Positions 22,749-37,594 of a stretch of 64,000 nucleotides of DNA are shown here, one piece after another (positions within the stretch are counted from its first letter, which is position 1; each line of letters begins with the position of its first letter). The translations under genes and the position numbers were made by a program. This DNA is from the human T2T-CHM13v2.0 reference genome, Homo sapiens. The stretch lies in NCBI RefSeq assembly GCF_009914755.1, contig NC_060926.1; one strand, given 5' to 3'. The notes under the pieces were generated by a model. It was not told the origin of the DNA. It was given only the letters and a program-made list of their open reading frames with translations, and ran no database searches.

Positions 22749-22802
22749 TTAGGTTGGTGCAAAAGTAATTGTGGTTTCACCATTACTTTTGCACCAACCT
22801 AA
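22749..22802. mobile_element. MADE1 (Hsmar1-derived MITE), internally deleted, inside a MIR-like relic
   Basis: TTAGGTTGGTGCAAAAGTAAT...ATTACTTTTGCACCAACCTAA perfect 21-bp TIRs. Confidence 0.88.
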
Positions 22803-23839
22803 TTGTAACCTTTACTTCAGAACTAGAACTTCTTTTCAGGGGTTAAGGGATATGCCCATAGTTGTGATGCTAATATTAATGGAAACAGAATTTAAACCAG
22901 ATCTCAGGAACTACAAGCATGGCTCTTTTATATGAGCAGTGGCTATAGAAAAGGAGTCCTATATGCTAGGTGCTGTAGGCAACCAGAAATGTGTTCAATG
23001 ATCAGTCTAAACGGTAGCAACCCAGTCTTGTCACAGAAGTGATCCACTATTTCTTTCACCATACTTTTCTTTAACCTCCATAAATGGCCTTTTATTCTTT
23101 TGTTTGTTTGTTTTATCTTTGCAAGACATATATTACTAACTATATAGGAAGTAGTTCCCAGACAGAGAATATGTTTCACATTGTTTGGGGCTCCTTGATA
23201 ACATGCAACATCATTCAGTACACAGGATACACAGGGTAGATGCCAAGGAAGTAGTTGCTGAATGAATTAGGCAAACGTTTTTTTTTTTTTAAAAAAAGGA
23301 CATAGGTTTATGTTATTTAGTACTTCAAGCAGAAGAGATATTTTGTGGGGAAAGAACATAAACCCTTAAAAAACTTACACTTTTCAGTTCTGCACTATAT
23401 GAGGCATTTTTCAGTTCTATACTCCAGGCATTAGTTCTGCAATACTCTAAGTATTTACACACTATTTATTCAAGCCTTTCAATACCCACAGAGATAGGCT
23501 GTATGGCCACAATTTATTATTGTTATTGTCACACTGAAGAAGTCAAGGGACTTGTCAAAGGATAAAGATCAAGGAAGGGTCAGGGCCAGACTATGGAGGG
23601 CATCTGATTTTACTCATAAACAAAGAGCCTGTGTCTTGATCATGAAGTGAGCACTGAATACTGCTAAGTGTTGAAATTATTTCCTACCTAAATGCTGAGC
23701 ATTCTTATTAGAACACTTTCACAGAGTACTTGTATTCCTCAACTGAGTTGATTTAAATATAATACCATCCTACTGGATCAGCCACTTGAGAAAATGTAAA
23801 ATGTGCCAAATTGATCTCAATGCCCTCTTACTCCACCTA

Positions 23840-24810
23840 CATTTTGTATACACCTTTTGTACTCCAAGCATCTGTCACCCAGTGGATCCTCAGAATTTTC
23901 CAGTGATGCCATTCCCATCCTTCTTAAACAGGTCTAGAGTGAAACTTTACGGCTCATTCACAATGCAGTTAAAATTGAACTCATTGTCTTCCTAACTGCC
24001 CCAAATGAGCCTTGTTTTTGCTCCCTTTCACCCACTATCTCATTTAATACCTTACCATCCATTCATTTGCTCAAGCTAGATGGTCATTTATAGACTTCCC
24101 CTTCCCTCAATCTCCTGTATCTAATCAATCGCCAAATTTTGTTGACTACTTCCTACCACCTTTAGAATTTGTTCATTTTTCTTATTCCCATTGTTAGGAT
24201 CATAGTTCAGTCACTATCTTTTTTTTTACTTTGGATTAATAAAAATGCACCTCATATATTTCTCTGTCTTGGGTCATAACCTTTGAGTTCTCCACATTGC
24301 AGGCAATAGTATCTTCTAAAAGGCAAATATGTTCTGATTGATCCCTTTTAAAAAATGTCACTATGTCTAGAAATTTGGGGACAAAGTATTAATTCTTATC
24401 TGGCTCTGATTCCCTTTCAAGCCTCATATTTCACCACTCACCTCTTCCTTCAAACTGCTAGTCAGCTACAATTCACCCTGTTTTCTCTTGCTTTGTTGCA
24501 TGAGCCATGCTCTGCTGAGAAAACATTTCTAATGCCTTATTTACTGGTTACTTTCTACTCATCCTTCAAGCCTCAGCTAAGTCTTCACTTGCTAATGAAA
24601 GCTTTGTTGATGAGTACAAGCCTAATCTATAACAAGGTCTTATGAACTATCTAAATATTCTCATGGCAAAATTAACGACTCCCTTATTTGTGTCTCCATT
24701 GCAACAGTGTACTTCTCTGTTTTCATCCTAATCATCATATTGATCCCCACATCCTGAGTTTGGGAAAGAAGTCTGAAACATAGTAGGCATTCATAGAATG
24801 TTTGTTCTTT
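23840..24810 (+). mobile_element. L2 LINE relic
   Basis: ACCATCCATTCATTTGCTCAAGCTAGA, TACTCATCCTTCAAGCCTCAGCT, ACATAGTAGGCATTCATAGAATGTTTGTT. Confidence 0.55.
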
Positions 24811-27800
24811 TGTACTATTAAATTCACTCATCATATTTATTATTCATTTAATGTAGGAGACTTCAGATAGCTGAAACACAAGTTTTTAATAGGTCTGTCC
24901 TATATTAGAAATTAAATTTATAAAGCAAAAAATAAGAAAATAATAAATCATGCTAACTAAAAGCAGAACATTATGCTTATATGAGTTTGAACAGAATGAG
25001 AACTTAATAAGATTAATGTGGAAATGTTTTAAATAAAATTGTGCTAAATGAATGGAGGAATAGTTAATGAAAAACATATTTATAAAATTATTATATGACA
25101 TAATGCTATATATTTAACTTATCTTCTATTTCTAGCTCTTTTTAGAACACAGCCAAGCATTCTATTGGATGGCCTTTTGGGTCAATTTGATTAATTTAAA
25201 CAAGTGGGATACTGAAATTTAGATTAAAAAATGAAATATTAAAGATAATAGAGAAAGAGTTATAAAACAATGCAGTTGGTACAAGTGAGGGAATGTAAAA
25301 TGCTCAGTCAGAATATAAATTTTGATTTTGTGGCATGTGTCTGTCACTGTGTCTTTCTACAAAAACCACAAAAATCACATGAGTTTATTGAATTTTATAT
25401 TGAGCAGGTGAAATGCAAGTATTAACATAAATATTCTAAGGGAGACTTCTGACGGGTAAGGTAGATTTCAGCATTGTTTTGACCAGTTAAGCAATAATGT
25501 TATTTTGTTTGTTTGTTTTTGGCTTCTGTTTTGTTTTTGTCATACAACAAACTTTCACTCAATATTGGTGACACATTTTATTTACATGCCCTGCAACCTT
25601 CACAAATGTCTCAGTTATATATCAGTAATTCATGCTTTTTTATTCTTCAATTTTATTACCTAAACTTACTCTTCTAAGCATCATTTTATGTTTCTAGTTA
25701 AATATAAGTGAAAATTGATTGGAGTATTTCTCAATGGAATTTTATCTTTATTTCATCATAATTGCTTCATATTTGAATAATGACAGATAAACTGCCTCAT
25801 TCAATTGCAGTTTTAAGGCTTTGAAGTCACAATAATCCTGAAGCCATGATTATAGCAGAAAAGACATTGGGGGAAATGGAAACTTATGGTGCTATAATTT
25901 GCTGGGGGGGAAAAGACTCCAATGGTTAGAACATATTATTTCCTGGACAATTTCTAATCTAGGACATTAAGGCATAAGAGTGAACTGGACAGTTACATCG
26001 TTGTCCCACCTTCCTAAATTACTTCTAGAGCAACATTTTATAAATATTGAGCCAAGATTCACATCACAAGTAAATGGCACCACAATTATCTTGTTTCAGG
26101 TTGAAGCATTATCTCAGTGGAATTTATAATTCTATTCAGCAACAATTCAGTATTTCACTAATAGAGGGTTCATCAGATCTTTTTCTTTTTTCTGACATTT
26201 ACATTAAGCGCTGAGTACTTGTTAATACTCTAAGGTATGCATTTCAAAGTTCTCTTTGTCTTCATATTCAGTTTTAAGTAATGAATCCAACAATATGCAA
26301 AGGCTAAAAGTAAAACACAGATCCCGCATTTAAAATTTCATTTAATATAGCTGACATATTTGGTGGTGGCTGCTTTACACATACAGCATTTTCATTTGTT
26401 GAGTAAGACATTGTATTTCTACAAATGTGGCATTAAAAATTTTCCAAGATCTCAATATACGGTGGCATGAAATACAAAGTAAATAGAACAAATTAAAACA
26501 TGAAAGCACACTTAGTATAATTCGGAGCACGCAAAGTTACAACATAAGATGTAATATTTATGAAGAGTTACAATGGATAACATGAACTTTAAAATGGCTC
26601 CCATTTAAAATTATAGAAAAACTCCTTTTAATGGAAATTTTCCTTGCTCATATAATAAAGCATATTGAGACTCCAAATAGGTCAATAACTTTTTTAAGAA
26701 TGAAATTATATAGAATGAAATTAATTATATATATACTATAAAATTATATACTTTTTACTAATATTAAATTTTCTAAAGATAGAAAGTCCTGTAAATATCA
26801 GTTTCAAATCCAATAGCATCATTCAATATTTCTGCTGTATTGTATCATAGCCCACTATGAATGAAGCCCCCCATAATGTGGGGAAATTTCTCTTAATTGC
26901 ATAAATTACAATCTTCATGCTAAAACTCTGTTTAAACTCCAAAATTTTGCTTGTTTACATTTTAATGCTGTTTTAACACTCAGATGTCCTACTTCATTTG
27001 GGCTCTAGAGGAGACATGAGATTATCTGAGTACTCAATCTATGCACCCCGTCAACTTCTACATGCTTAACAAACTATTTAAGAAACCACCAAGGTTTTTG
27101 AATCTTCAAGATGAGTCTATAACTTAAGAAAAAATTCTTTTTTAACATAGCATAACAAAACCATATGCATATAACCTTGACTATTAGTTATTTTCAGAAG
27201 ATATATTTATGTTTTATGTTATTTCCTTTCCATCCTGTCCTTCGTCAAGTTTTAGATTCTTGCTTGAATTGAGGAGAGCTTTGTTTGGTAGATTTTACAT
27301 TTGAATTTAATTTGGTCAAGATTCATCACGTTGATTGATTAATTTCAGATTATATGTCTTAATTTACTTTGATTCTAATTTCCATTTGCCAACTTCTCTC
27401 TCTTGAGCTTTTTTCTTTAAAAAAAGATCAGGAACTTAGAAGTAGTAGTTGGCAGCATTTGATGTGGTCTATAGACAAGCATGGAGGAAGATGAAAAACT
27501 GTATGAAAATATATCAAAGTTCGATTGCCCTTCTGTGTCCAAATGAACGAGATGATATCTGGTATTACAGACCTAGGAAAATAATGCTTCTTTTCCCCAC
27601 TCATCTCCTAAATCCACTTTGAACGGTTGCAGAGCCCAGAGCAGGAGTAAAAATAGAGACCCATATATCATATTACCAAATAATTAAAAGTTGTAAAACA
27701 AATTATTAATAAACTATTAAATAAAACATGGTTCTCTCTTCCCACCATGACATACATTCCCTTATAATGACCTGGAAAACTAGATTCAAAGTTAAAATTC

Positions 27801-29319
27801 TTATGCTTTTTAGAGTCCACCCTGAAATGCGGGTGCAGGAGAACAGAGCCCCTTGCCCCTGGTTCTCAGTTTGAGTCCTGGTTTATTTCCCACCTTGGGC
27901 TCCATCCCACAGCTCAAGGGATTCACTGACATGTATGTCCACCCCTTCCCCTCCGAAACAGCTCTCGCATAGTCAAACCTGAGACCTAGTGGTACACAGA
28001 GCCTTGCAGTAAAGGAAAGAATTTTACTAAGATCTGAGAACAGGCTCAAGGCTCTTTGGGCAGGAAATTTCCAAATCTTCAGTACCTTTAGGTGTTTAGG
28101 GGGACAGAGACATGGATTTCAGCTAGGCACATGTCCCTGGCCCTGAGGACTCCTTACCCTATAGGAAGGAGAATGACTGAAAGAGAAACCAGAGCAAGGC
28201 CTAAAATATGTAGGTCTCATCTCAAGGCAGGGGCTCCACTTGTGTCAGTTTTATGTTAGAGAAAAAGCAACCTAAGGTCATTCATATAAACATGTGAATG
28301 GCCAATAGTACTAATTCTTCAGTAGGGCTGAAATGGTCCCCTACTTCTGAAATCAGTGAGGTCACCAAATTCGCATTTTAAAGATCCAATTTGTAGTGCG
28401 ATAGTTGGAAACCTGGAAGGTGCAAAGTGGCAATTCTGTTGTCAAGTGGGTCAGCAAAAAGCCTTCTTAGTTTATAATACCATTGGAAAAAAAAGAGAGA
28501 TGGCACAAATCTCACAACACTAGTTAATTAAATTAGGTACAGAAATGGAAAAGGAAAGAAAATCCAGATATTATTTAGTTTTCTGTAACTCTTTATAAAA
28601 TTTGAAGTCTCTCAATGTCAACTTTTCATCATGACTTTATTTGCTAATGTCCTGGGACCATTCATATCAGAGTCTCCTTAACTCAAGGAGCATTGTAATA
28701 TAAGAAGGGAGCTTGTAGAGCAAGCTGCTGGCCTTCTATTGTTTTGCCAGTCTAAATCTGCAGCATAGCCTGCTGGTGGGACTGGCACCAAGCCGGATGG
28801 GTACAAGGCTATAGTTGTTGTTTATGGGCAATGTCTCTTAATGATCAGTCATTGCCTATGCCTTACCAGTACTTAAATATTTTGTATATCACCCTTATCT
28901 GTTGGATCTGTTCATTGCCTTTGGGGCTAAATGAAAGAAGTAAATTATCTGAAACATAATCTCAAGTAAGCTGTACACAAGAAAATGGTAAATGCATTTT
29001 AAATATAGTAAATATTGCAATAAGTGAAACTCAGATATAAAAAGAATGGCATTAGTTCTCTACTATTCAATCTTTTGTCATGAAGTGGGCTAACTCAACC
29101 ACAGGAAGCATGACTCAGGAGACAGTGTGTTCTACATTTCCAGTATTTTTTTCTGCCCAAATCTCTTCATATATGGCTGATCGAAGTAACCGAGTCTCCA
29201 ACTAACTATAGAGCCATGTAACTGTGAGATTTCTGAATTTACAACCTCCCTACAGGAAGTACCAGGTGGCCACGAAAGGCAGAATGGTCCCCATCTCTAA
29301 TTAAGCTAATGTAAACAAG

Positions 29320-29338
29320 TGCCACAAGATGGCGCCAA
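29320..29338 (+). promoter_or_regulatory. Candidate CTCF site (overlaps a YY1-like core)
   Basis: TGCCACAAGATGGCGCCA matches CCACNAGRTGGCRC, with its CpG retained. Confidence 0.65.
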
Positions 29339-30289
29339 ACCACAGATGAAACTGACGCCAATTTGGATTCTTTGGGTGGATGGATCTCCCAGAACTTCCA
29401 GCTGGCTAGATGACAGGATAGCCCTTGTGATTTCATTCATTAACCTTGCAATAATACAGTCTTAGGTTTTGCATGATTCTTTTTTATTATTTGGGTCTCA
29501 TTTATCTTCTTTTAGAGGGATTGTACTATACAAATAAATAAAACAAGAGAGAGAGGAGATGGAGACACCGATCAGTAAAACCAAATAGGAAAGTTTGCAT
29601 AATAAGATGTGGAAGAGACAGCAAGTTTGTTTGGGCAGCCAAATGTCTACTAATTGTGAATGATGCCTATGATTAATTCTACAAACTGGAGAAGGGCTCA
29701 GCATTGATAATGCTATCAGTATTGGCAACATTTTCTTACTCTGTGACATTGCTTTGTATCAGCCAATATTTCAAGAAGTGTCTCCCTAAATTAAGTGAAA
29801 TAATAAAAGTAGCCACAATCCATCCACCAAAATGGTATTTGTTAACACAGATAGTATGACGAATTTTTGATGGCTCTACTTTGATTTAAGAATAAAGAAT
29901 GAGCACTTAGGAATGACATGATTTTAAACTGGACCTTGGCTTAACCACAGGATTTCACCTTCTTTTAACTCATTGATGTGTGCTTTTGTATACACATGCA
30001 TCCATATATATATATATATATATGCTTATATATATATGCTTATATATACACTTTTATGTAAACTCTAGACATACAGAGCTATTTTTTCATTAATAATGTA
30101 GGTTTTACTTGTTTATAGTTGAAGGTAGAGTATCTCACTAGATTTTGTATCGTCCTAGATTTTGTGATCTGTAAAGAAAAAAAAATCATACTGGTCACCT
30201 AAAATTAATACAACTTAATAATATAAAATTTACCTAAGCTTTCATTTTGGAGTCCAGAAACAGTGGCTTATCCATTAACCATTTTGCTC

Positions 30290-30691
30290 TTCTATGTTAT
30301 GGAATCCCAATTTTCTTTTTGGCTGTCAGTGTGCCCAGCTTTTAAAAGACCACATTTATGAACTTTGTTTTCCTGGCCTATAGTGGTCTGTAACATAAAA
30401 GTAAAATTATTAAGTGAAACAACTAAGAGAGTGTTGTTTTGCTCATTTGCCTTTTATGCCCCCAAGGAACTCAGACATGAAGGCAGGAGCTAAGGCAGCT
30501 GTCTTGGCATCATGAGGGCAAAGATAAAGAGTCACAAACACCTGGACCCTTGCTATTCTAAGGCACTGAATCAGTGCCAGCAACGAACTAGTTTTAGATT
30601 CATTATGTAAGAAAAATAAACCCTATGTGTCTAAGCCACTGATATATTGCATTTTCTTTTGTAAGTAACTGAATACAATCCTAACTAATAC
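30290..30691 (+). mobile_element. Old MLT1 (J/K-like) LTR
   Basis: 3' end AAAATAAACCCTATGTGTCTAAGCCACTG...AATCCTAACTAATACA. Confidence 0.6.
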
Positions 30692-30874
30692 AGAGAATAA
30701 ATATCAATCATCTTTATATGATTGTCTTAAACATATAAGTGCGCTAAAACTAGATACCCATAAGTGTTTATTGAAATGAATTGAGCTAAGATTTTGCAAA
30801 GCTTTTTACAGCTGTAATGTTTCTAACTCAGTTTATAAGTAATGCTAATTTGAGCATTCCAAAAATGCAGTTAA

Positions 30875-31300
30875 TTCAGTTATTATTTATTAGGCATTTA
30901 CTACATGCCAGGCACTAAAGAAGATACTGGAGATACATATTGTAGACAATACAAAAAACCTACTTGATCTAATGGGGATGCACATTCTTGAAGAGGAAAT
31001 GAAATGAATAAATAGAAAAATAAATAAAAAATTTAGTACCATGAAAAAGAAACAGAGAGACAAGATAGAAAATGTGGAACAAGATGTGACATTATATAAA
31101 TAAGTTGAACAGTCAGTCAGAATTTCAAGCTGAAATTTGCAGAAACTAGCTATGGAAAATGTGGGAGCTGGGCATGAGGATGGGGTGCAGAGTCTCCGTA
31201 GCAAAGTAGACAGCTAGAGCAATGTCCTCCAGGAGGGAAGAGCTTGGCATATTTAATAACTGAAAGAAGAGATAGAGTGGGGACAGAGCAACACACAAAG
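30875..31300 (-). mobile_element. L2 LINE relic
   Basis: TATTTATTAGGCATTTACTACATGCCAGGCACT... Confidence 0.55.
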
Positions 31301-32605
31301 GAGAGAATGCCTAATATGTTGTAAATGCTCAAGATATATTTGTAGAATAAACAAACATGACTACTGTAAAATAATTATGTCGATATAATTAATCAGTAAT
31401 AATTAGGACTGAAGTTCAAAAAATACCATACGCTTAAATAGCTCTATTTTTGACTATAACTTACATTTTTTTTTCTTTTTCTTTCTTTTCTTTTATTTTT
31501 GAGATAGAAACATTGCCCTCAATCTTCCAGTGAGCCAATAAAGGTTTTACAATGAGTTAAGCATAGTAAGAAGATAGTATTGTTTCCCAAGAGCCACAAT
31601 AGATTTTTTTTTATTGTATGGAAGGATAAATACATGTTTTCAGTTTACATAATCAAGCATATTTTAGAGAGTAAAAATGTAACTCAGCTGAAGAATCATT
31701 ATCAGATTTTTTTTTAAACTGGAAACTTTCCCCCTGCCCCCAGCTGTCTACAGAAATAGATTATTTCTTCTAATTTTCTGATTTAGTTATAGTCATAGTG
31801 TACATAAAAACAGATTTGATTTTCTTGGAATCAAACATAAAATGAAAGCCAAGGCCTTATCATTGAAACAAGACAGCAGTTTTGCAAAGCTGTGTACATC
31901 CTTTGAACTCAGATGACATTGTCTCAGAGGAAAAGATGTTTGATGAGTTTTTTACACTTTAAAGCTCTTGCTAAGGAAAATGAGCTAGGAATCTCCTTTG
32001 GTAGAATTCAAGGGGGGTGGATCATTTCGTCTTCAAAAGATGAGGGGAAAAGTGTCATTTTCTATTTCCCTTAAGTATCATTCTTTCAAATACTTGTGTG
32101 ACAAGAGGTTCAACAGGCTTAGATTTGAGTTTTTAGTTTTCCAGAAATGCATAGAGGACTTAAATGGCCCTGTACATCAAAAGGAAGAGAGAGAGAAAGA
32201 AATCCCCTAGAAAGAAGGAAATGGTGTGGAAAACCCTTGAAAAATATAGTTCATAAAATTGCTATAATCAATTCTACATCCTACAATTTAAAAGGAAATT
32301 AACAATTGAAACCCAACACTGAACTAACATTATGCACATCTAATTTAAGTTGTCAATGATAAACTCAGCAAGAAATTCTCTTTAGAGATAGAAACTTTGA
32401 AATGTATTGGTTTATTCCACATATATAGATTATGTGGCAAGGCCTATATTGGGTGTTGTATTCATATATTGAAGTTGAGGTCAGGTCGAGTAAAGTAAGA
32501 ATAAAAAATAAGACAATATAGCATAAAGATTTGGAAGAAAGAATGAAATGACCAGTGATTGAAGTGATGAAAAGTACAAAGGAGAAAAGTCATAATTGGA
32601 AGAAT

Positions 32606-33123
32606 TGAATGCACTGATAACTGCAAAGGGTTTGGGATTTTGCTCTATGTACAAACTAGCAAGGAAGTCTGCTGACGTTTTAAAGATGGTGGAAGAAGAC
32701 TGGAGAGTCCTGGGTCAGATACAAAGGACTTTTACTCACAGCACAGCTGGCAGCATGTGCTTCATGTTCCTATCAATTTCCCTTGCCCCTCAGGTCCCAG
32801 GGAAGCAATGTGGACCTGGGCTCAAGTGGAAAATGTTCACACAGTGAGGTTTCTGTCACAGCTGAGAAAACCTGAAATTACAAAACCCCCATCATGTATA
32901 AAGAAAAACCTGTCCAATCAATTTTTGCACCAAAAATAGACATGATCTCTATTATTCTCAGCAGTGAACAAGTCTCTTCTTTGCTCCAGAGGAAGACACT
33001 ATATGTTCCAAGGCTGTTTCCTATACAAAGTCCTTGAAGAGATACTCCAGAGAAAGCCATTATGGCCTCTAGCCCATAAATGACCAGAAATGCAAGAGAC
33101 CCATGGAAAATTAACTGCCAACA
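32606..33123 (-). mobile_element. ERV1 solo LTR (MER67-like)
   Basis: TG...GTCCTGGGTCAGATACAAAGGACTTTTACTCACAGCA...GGAAAATTAACTGCCAACA. Confidence 0.6.
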
Positions 33124-33799
33124 GGATGTAGAAGGTACAGCAGCTTTTACTAGCATCTCTGCAACATTGTACCACTTTATGTCTTCACAGGCCTTTTTAG
33201 TAGACCAAAATATTGGTACAAATAATTCTTCCATGTAATCTTTTAAAAACTCTGCTTATCTCTGTCCTTCCTGAGCAAAGCAAACAGACATAGCTTGGGC
33301 AGTTCATAAGACACAAAAGTGTATAAGACCCATGACAAACCCATAAAGACATCGCTTTAAGGAAACATTTTAGGTATTTTTTTTGGCCATACATGTTTTA
33401 AATGTGATTTTTTAAGATTCTCATTAATTTATTTTTCTTTATTTTTGTTGTTGCTACTGTATTAGATGAAAATATATCATTGCATTTGCCAAGTCTAGCA
33501 GGATGCTATTTATATTTAGGTTGCTATTTATATTTTCTCCATGTCCTAATTATTCTCATTTCTAGTGGTGAACAAAAAGAAAGTTTAGCCTCATTATTAT
33601 GTTCTTTCAAAGAGGTCCTAACATTATGTTTGAATCTAACCAGATAGAAATGCTTCTGTTGTGTTTCAGTGTGAAACACGTTAGTGATAAGTTGTAATAT
33701 AAAACCTTGAAATAACTCAAAATCCGTTTCTGGGAACTATGTGGCCCCTGTGTGTGTATATGTGCATGCTTTAGTTTAGAATATAACTTTTTCATGAAG

Positions 33800-36392
33800 A
33801 AAAGACATTCAACAAAATTCACCATCTTTTCCTGATAGAAACTCTCAACAAATTAGGTACAGAAGAAAATGTATCTCAACTGAATAAAAACCGTATACAG
33901 AAACCCATGGCTAACATCATACTCAACTGTGAAAGTGGGAAGTTGTTCCTGTAAGATCAGGACCAAGAAAAGGATGCTCACTCTGGCCACTTCTATTCAA
34001 CATAACAGTGGGGATCTTAGCATAAAAGGAATACAAATGAGGAAAAAAGAAGTTAAATATGCTCTGTTTGCAGATGACATATCTTCTATATAGAAAATCC
34101 TGAAGACTCCACCAAAAAAAACCTGTTAGAACTAATAAATTCAGTAAAGTTGCAGAATACAAATCAACCTACAGAAATCCGTAGCATTTCTAAACACAAT
34201 GAACTATCCAAAAAGAAATAAGAAAATAATCCCATTTACAGTAGATATACTAACTAAATACTTAGGAATAAATTTAACCAAGGAGAAGAAAGAGCTGTAC
34301 ACTAAAAACTGTAAAACATTGATGAAATAAATTGAAGAAGACACAAATACATGATAAGATATTTCATGTTTATGGATAGGAAGAATTTATATCGTTAAAA
34401 TGTCCATACTACTCAAAGTGATTTACAGATTTAATGCAATGCCTATCAAAACTCCAATGTCATTTTTTTTCAGAAATAGAAAAAACAATCCTAAAATTTG
34501 TATGGAATCACAAAAGATTCCAAAGAGCCAAAGCAATTTGAGCAAAAATAAGAAAGGTGAAGACATTGCCCTACCTGATTTCAAAATTGACTACAAAGCT
34601 CTAGTAATCAAAACAGCATGATACTAGCATTTAAACAGACACATAGATAAATGGAACAGAATACTGAGTCCACAATCTACACACTTAATGTCAATTGATT
34701 TTTGACAAAGATGCCAAGAGCACATAATGGAGAAACAACAGTCTGTTCTATAAATGGTACTAGGAGACTGAATATTCATATGCAGAAGAATGATATTAGA
34801 CCCTCATCTCACACCATTTACAAAATCCAACTCAAAATAAATTAAAGAGTTACACGTAAGACCTGAAACTGTAAAACTACTAGAAGAAAACATAGGAGGA
34901 AAGCTCTGTGAGATGGGTCTTGGAAAAGATTTCTTAGATATGATCTCAAAAGTATGGGCAACAACAAAAATAGACAAATGGGATTACATTAAAGTAAAAA
35001 GCTTCTGCATAGCAAAGGAAGCAATCAATGGAATAAAAAGACAATCTATGGAATAGAATATATTTGCAAGCCATGTATCTGATAAGGGATTAATGTGTAA
35101 ACTCCATATGGAACTCAAACAACTCAACAGTAAGAAAATAAAAATCCGATTAAAAATATACAAAGGATCTGAATAGACATTTTTTCAAAAGAAAACATAC
35201 AAATAGTTAACAAGTATATGAAAAGATGCTCAACATCACTAATCATCAGGAAAATGCAAATCCAAAACTTGGTATTACCCACAGCTGTCAAGATGACCAC
35301 TATCAAAAAGATGAAAGACAACAAGTGTGGCAAGGACGTGGAAAACAGGGAACCCTTGTACGCTTTTGGTAGGAATGTAAATTAGTACACCCAATATGGA
35401 AAGCAGTATGGATATTCCTCAAAACATTAAAATTAGAGCTACCATATGATCCAACAATCCCACTATTGGGTTGTATTAGGCCATTCTCACAGTGCTATGA
35501 AGAACTATCTGAAACTGGGTGATTTAAAAAGAAAATAGGTTTAATTGACTCACAGTTCCACAGGCTATACAGGAGGTATGGCTGAGGAGGCCTCCGGTAA
35601 CTTACAATCATGGCAGAGGGGGAAGCGGGGACCTTCGTCACATGGCAGCAGGAAAGAGAAAGAGAGCAGGGGAAAGTGCTACACACTTTCAAACAACCAG
35701 ATCTCATGAAAACTCACTCACTCTCATGAGAACAGCAAGGGGGAAGTCCACCCACATGATTCATTCATCTCTCACCAGCCCACTCTTCCAACATGTGGGG
35801 ATTATAATTTGATGAGAGATTTGGTTGGGGCCAAAAGGCAAACCATATCATGGGCATATTTCTAAAGGATATGAAATCAGTATGTGAAAGAGATATCTGC
35901 ACTCCCAAGTTTATTGCAGCACTATTCACAATAGCCAAAAATCAATGAAAAATGGATAAAGAAAATGTGGTGTATATACACAACAGAATACTACTCAGCC
36001 TTAAAAAATAAGGAAAAATTCTGTCTGTGACAACATGAATGAACCTGGGGTAGACATCAAGCTAAGTTAAATAAGCCAATACAGAATGGCAAATACTGCA
36101 TGATCTCACATATAAGTTGAGTGTTAAAAAGTTGAACTCACAGAAACAGGAGAGTAGAATGGTGTTACCAAAGGCTGGGGAGTGGAGGGGTTGGGAAGAT
36201 GTTGGCCAAAGGACTCAAAGTTTCAGTAGGTTCTAAGTGTTCTCACCACAAAAGAAGAGGATAAATACGTAAAATAATGAACATGTTAAACAGCTTGATT
36301 TAACTATTCCGTGACACTTACATATCAAAACATCACATTGTACACCATAAATATATATAGTTTTTACTTGTTAATTTAAAAAATAAAAAAAT
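33800..36392 (+). mobile_element. L1MA-type LINE, 3' part of ORF2 plus 3'UTR, interrupted by an MST LTR
   Basis: TTTGCAGATGACAT (RT FADD motif), [20 protein letters not shown]2 fragment, 3' end CATCACATTGTACACCATAAATATAT and A-tail. Confidence 0.9.
35472..35850 (-). mobile_element. MSTA-like MaLR solo LTR nested in L1
   Basis: TGTATTAGGCCATTCTC...AAACCATATCA; 5-bp TSD TGGGT/TGGGC. Confidence 0.88.
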
Positions 36393-37594
36393 AACTTTTT
36401 CAATGAAAACTTTCTGTTATTGCTTAGAGGTATTGGGTTAACTCATTCCATCAACAGCATATCTCCAGTAGTATGTGATAAATATATAATAATGGAATCT
36501 CTGAGAACTAAGGCCCCAGATTATAGAAATGTTGCCAATTTCTGTGGTGTAAATACTCATTCAAGCCTGCTTCAGCACATTACTAGATAGCCTCATCAGT
36601 TGCTTATACTTTCCATCTGTAATATGGGCTCATTGGAAAATTGGAAGGCTACAATTTGGTGTTTAGTTGGCAAAATAAAATGTATAATGAGGTATGACAG
36701 CAGCCAGATAATCACAGAGAATAATTGCAGTTCTTTCCTTCTGGCGGGTACAGGGCTCATAAATTATCATATTCACCAGAGCAGAGAGCACAACCCCATC
36801 AGTCAATGCCTCTCTTTACGTGTACATATACACAGCCTGATAATGCATCAGAATATTTCCTCAAAATTCAGTTCAGAAAAATCTCAGTTAATGGATATCA
36901 TACTCATCTCAATCTACCATCTTCTATCCTAGTCCCCTGTAATGTCTTCAAGTCTTTTAATCAATTGAAGGATATTCTAAGCCTTTACTTCTTTATATTT
37001 TGTTTTCTACCATTTTATTTATTCCTTTCCTTTGGAACTCCTTTGAGATGTATTAAATTCTTCATGTTTCTTATTCATTCCTTTGTATTTGGCATCTTAT
37101 TTTTCTTGCCATATTATTGTTTTTTTTCATGTCTTTTTTCAAGTTTGCTAATTATCTATTCACCTATCATTGATTTGCTATTTGGTATATCTTTTAAATG
37201 TTTAATCTTACTACTTAAAAAAATTCTAGTTGATTCTTATAAAAATAGCCAGTCATATTTTATGAAGTGCTGGTTTTCCTCATGGCATCTATTTAATTTG
37301 TAATCTTTGTATTTAACCTTACTACTTTCATTTTGGAGGTTCTTTCTGGTTTTCTATAAACAAACTTTGAAGAAAGTATTTGTCCTGTTTTTATTCCTGA
37401 TGACTTTTGCAGGTGCTTGATAACTTCTTGATATGCAGTGTCATTTCACATTGTGAAAGCATTTTATTATGAGAGTGTGAGTGTATGGCTGGGGCTGAAC
37501 TTCCATGCAGTCTGGGTTGAGAAAGTGTTGGCTACATAGTTGTTTTACATTTGTTTCTTCTAAAGGTCACGTGGGTTTCACTGAGCTACAAGCT

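Noticed and set aside
36725-37303. Longest ORF in the window (192 aa)
   Set aside because: F/L/I-rich reading of T-rich sequence, probably an old antisense L1; no recognisable domain.
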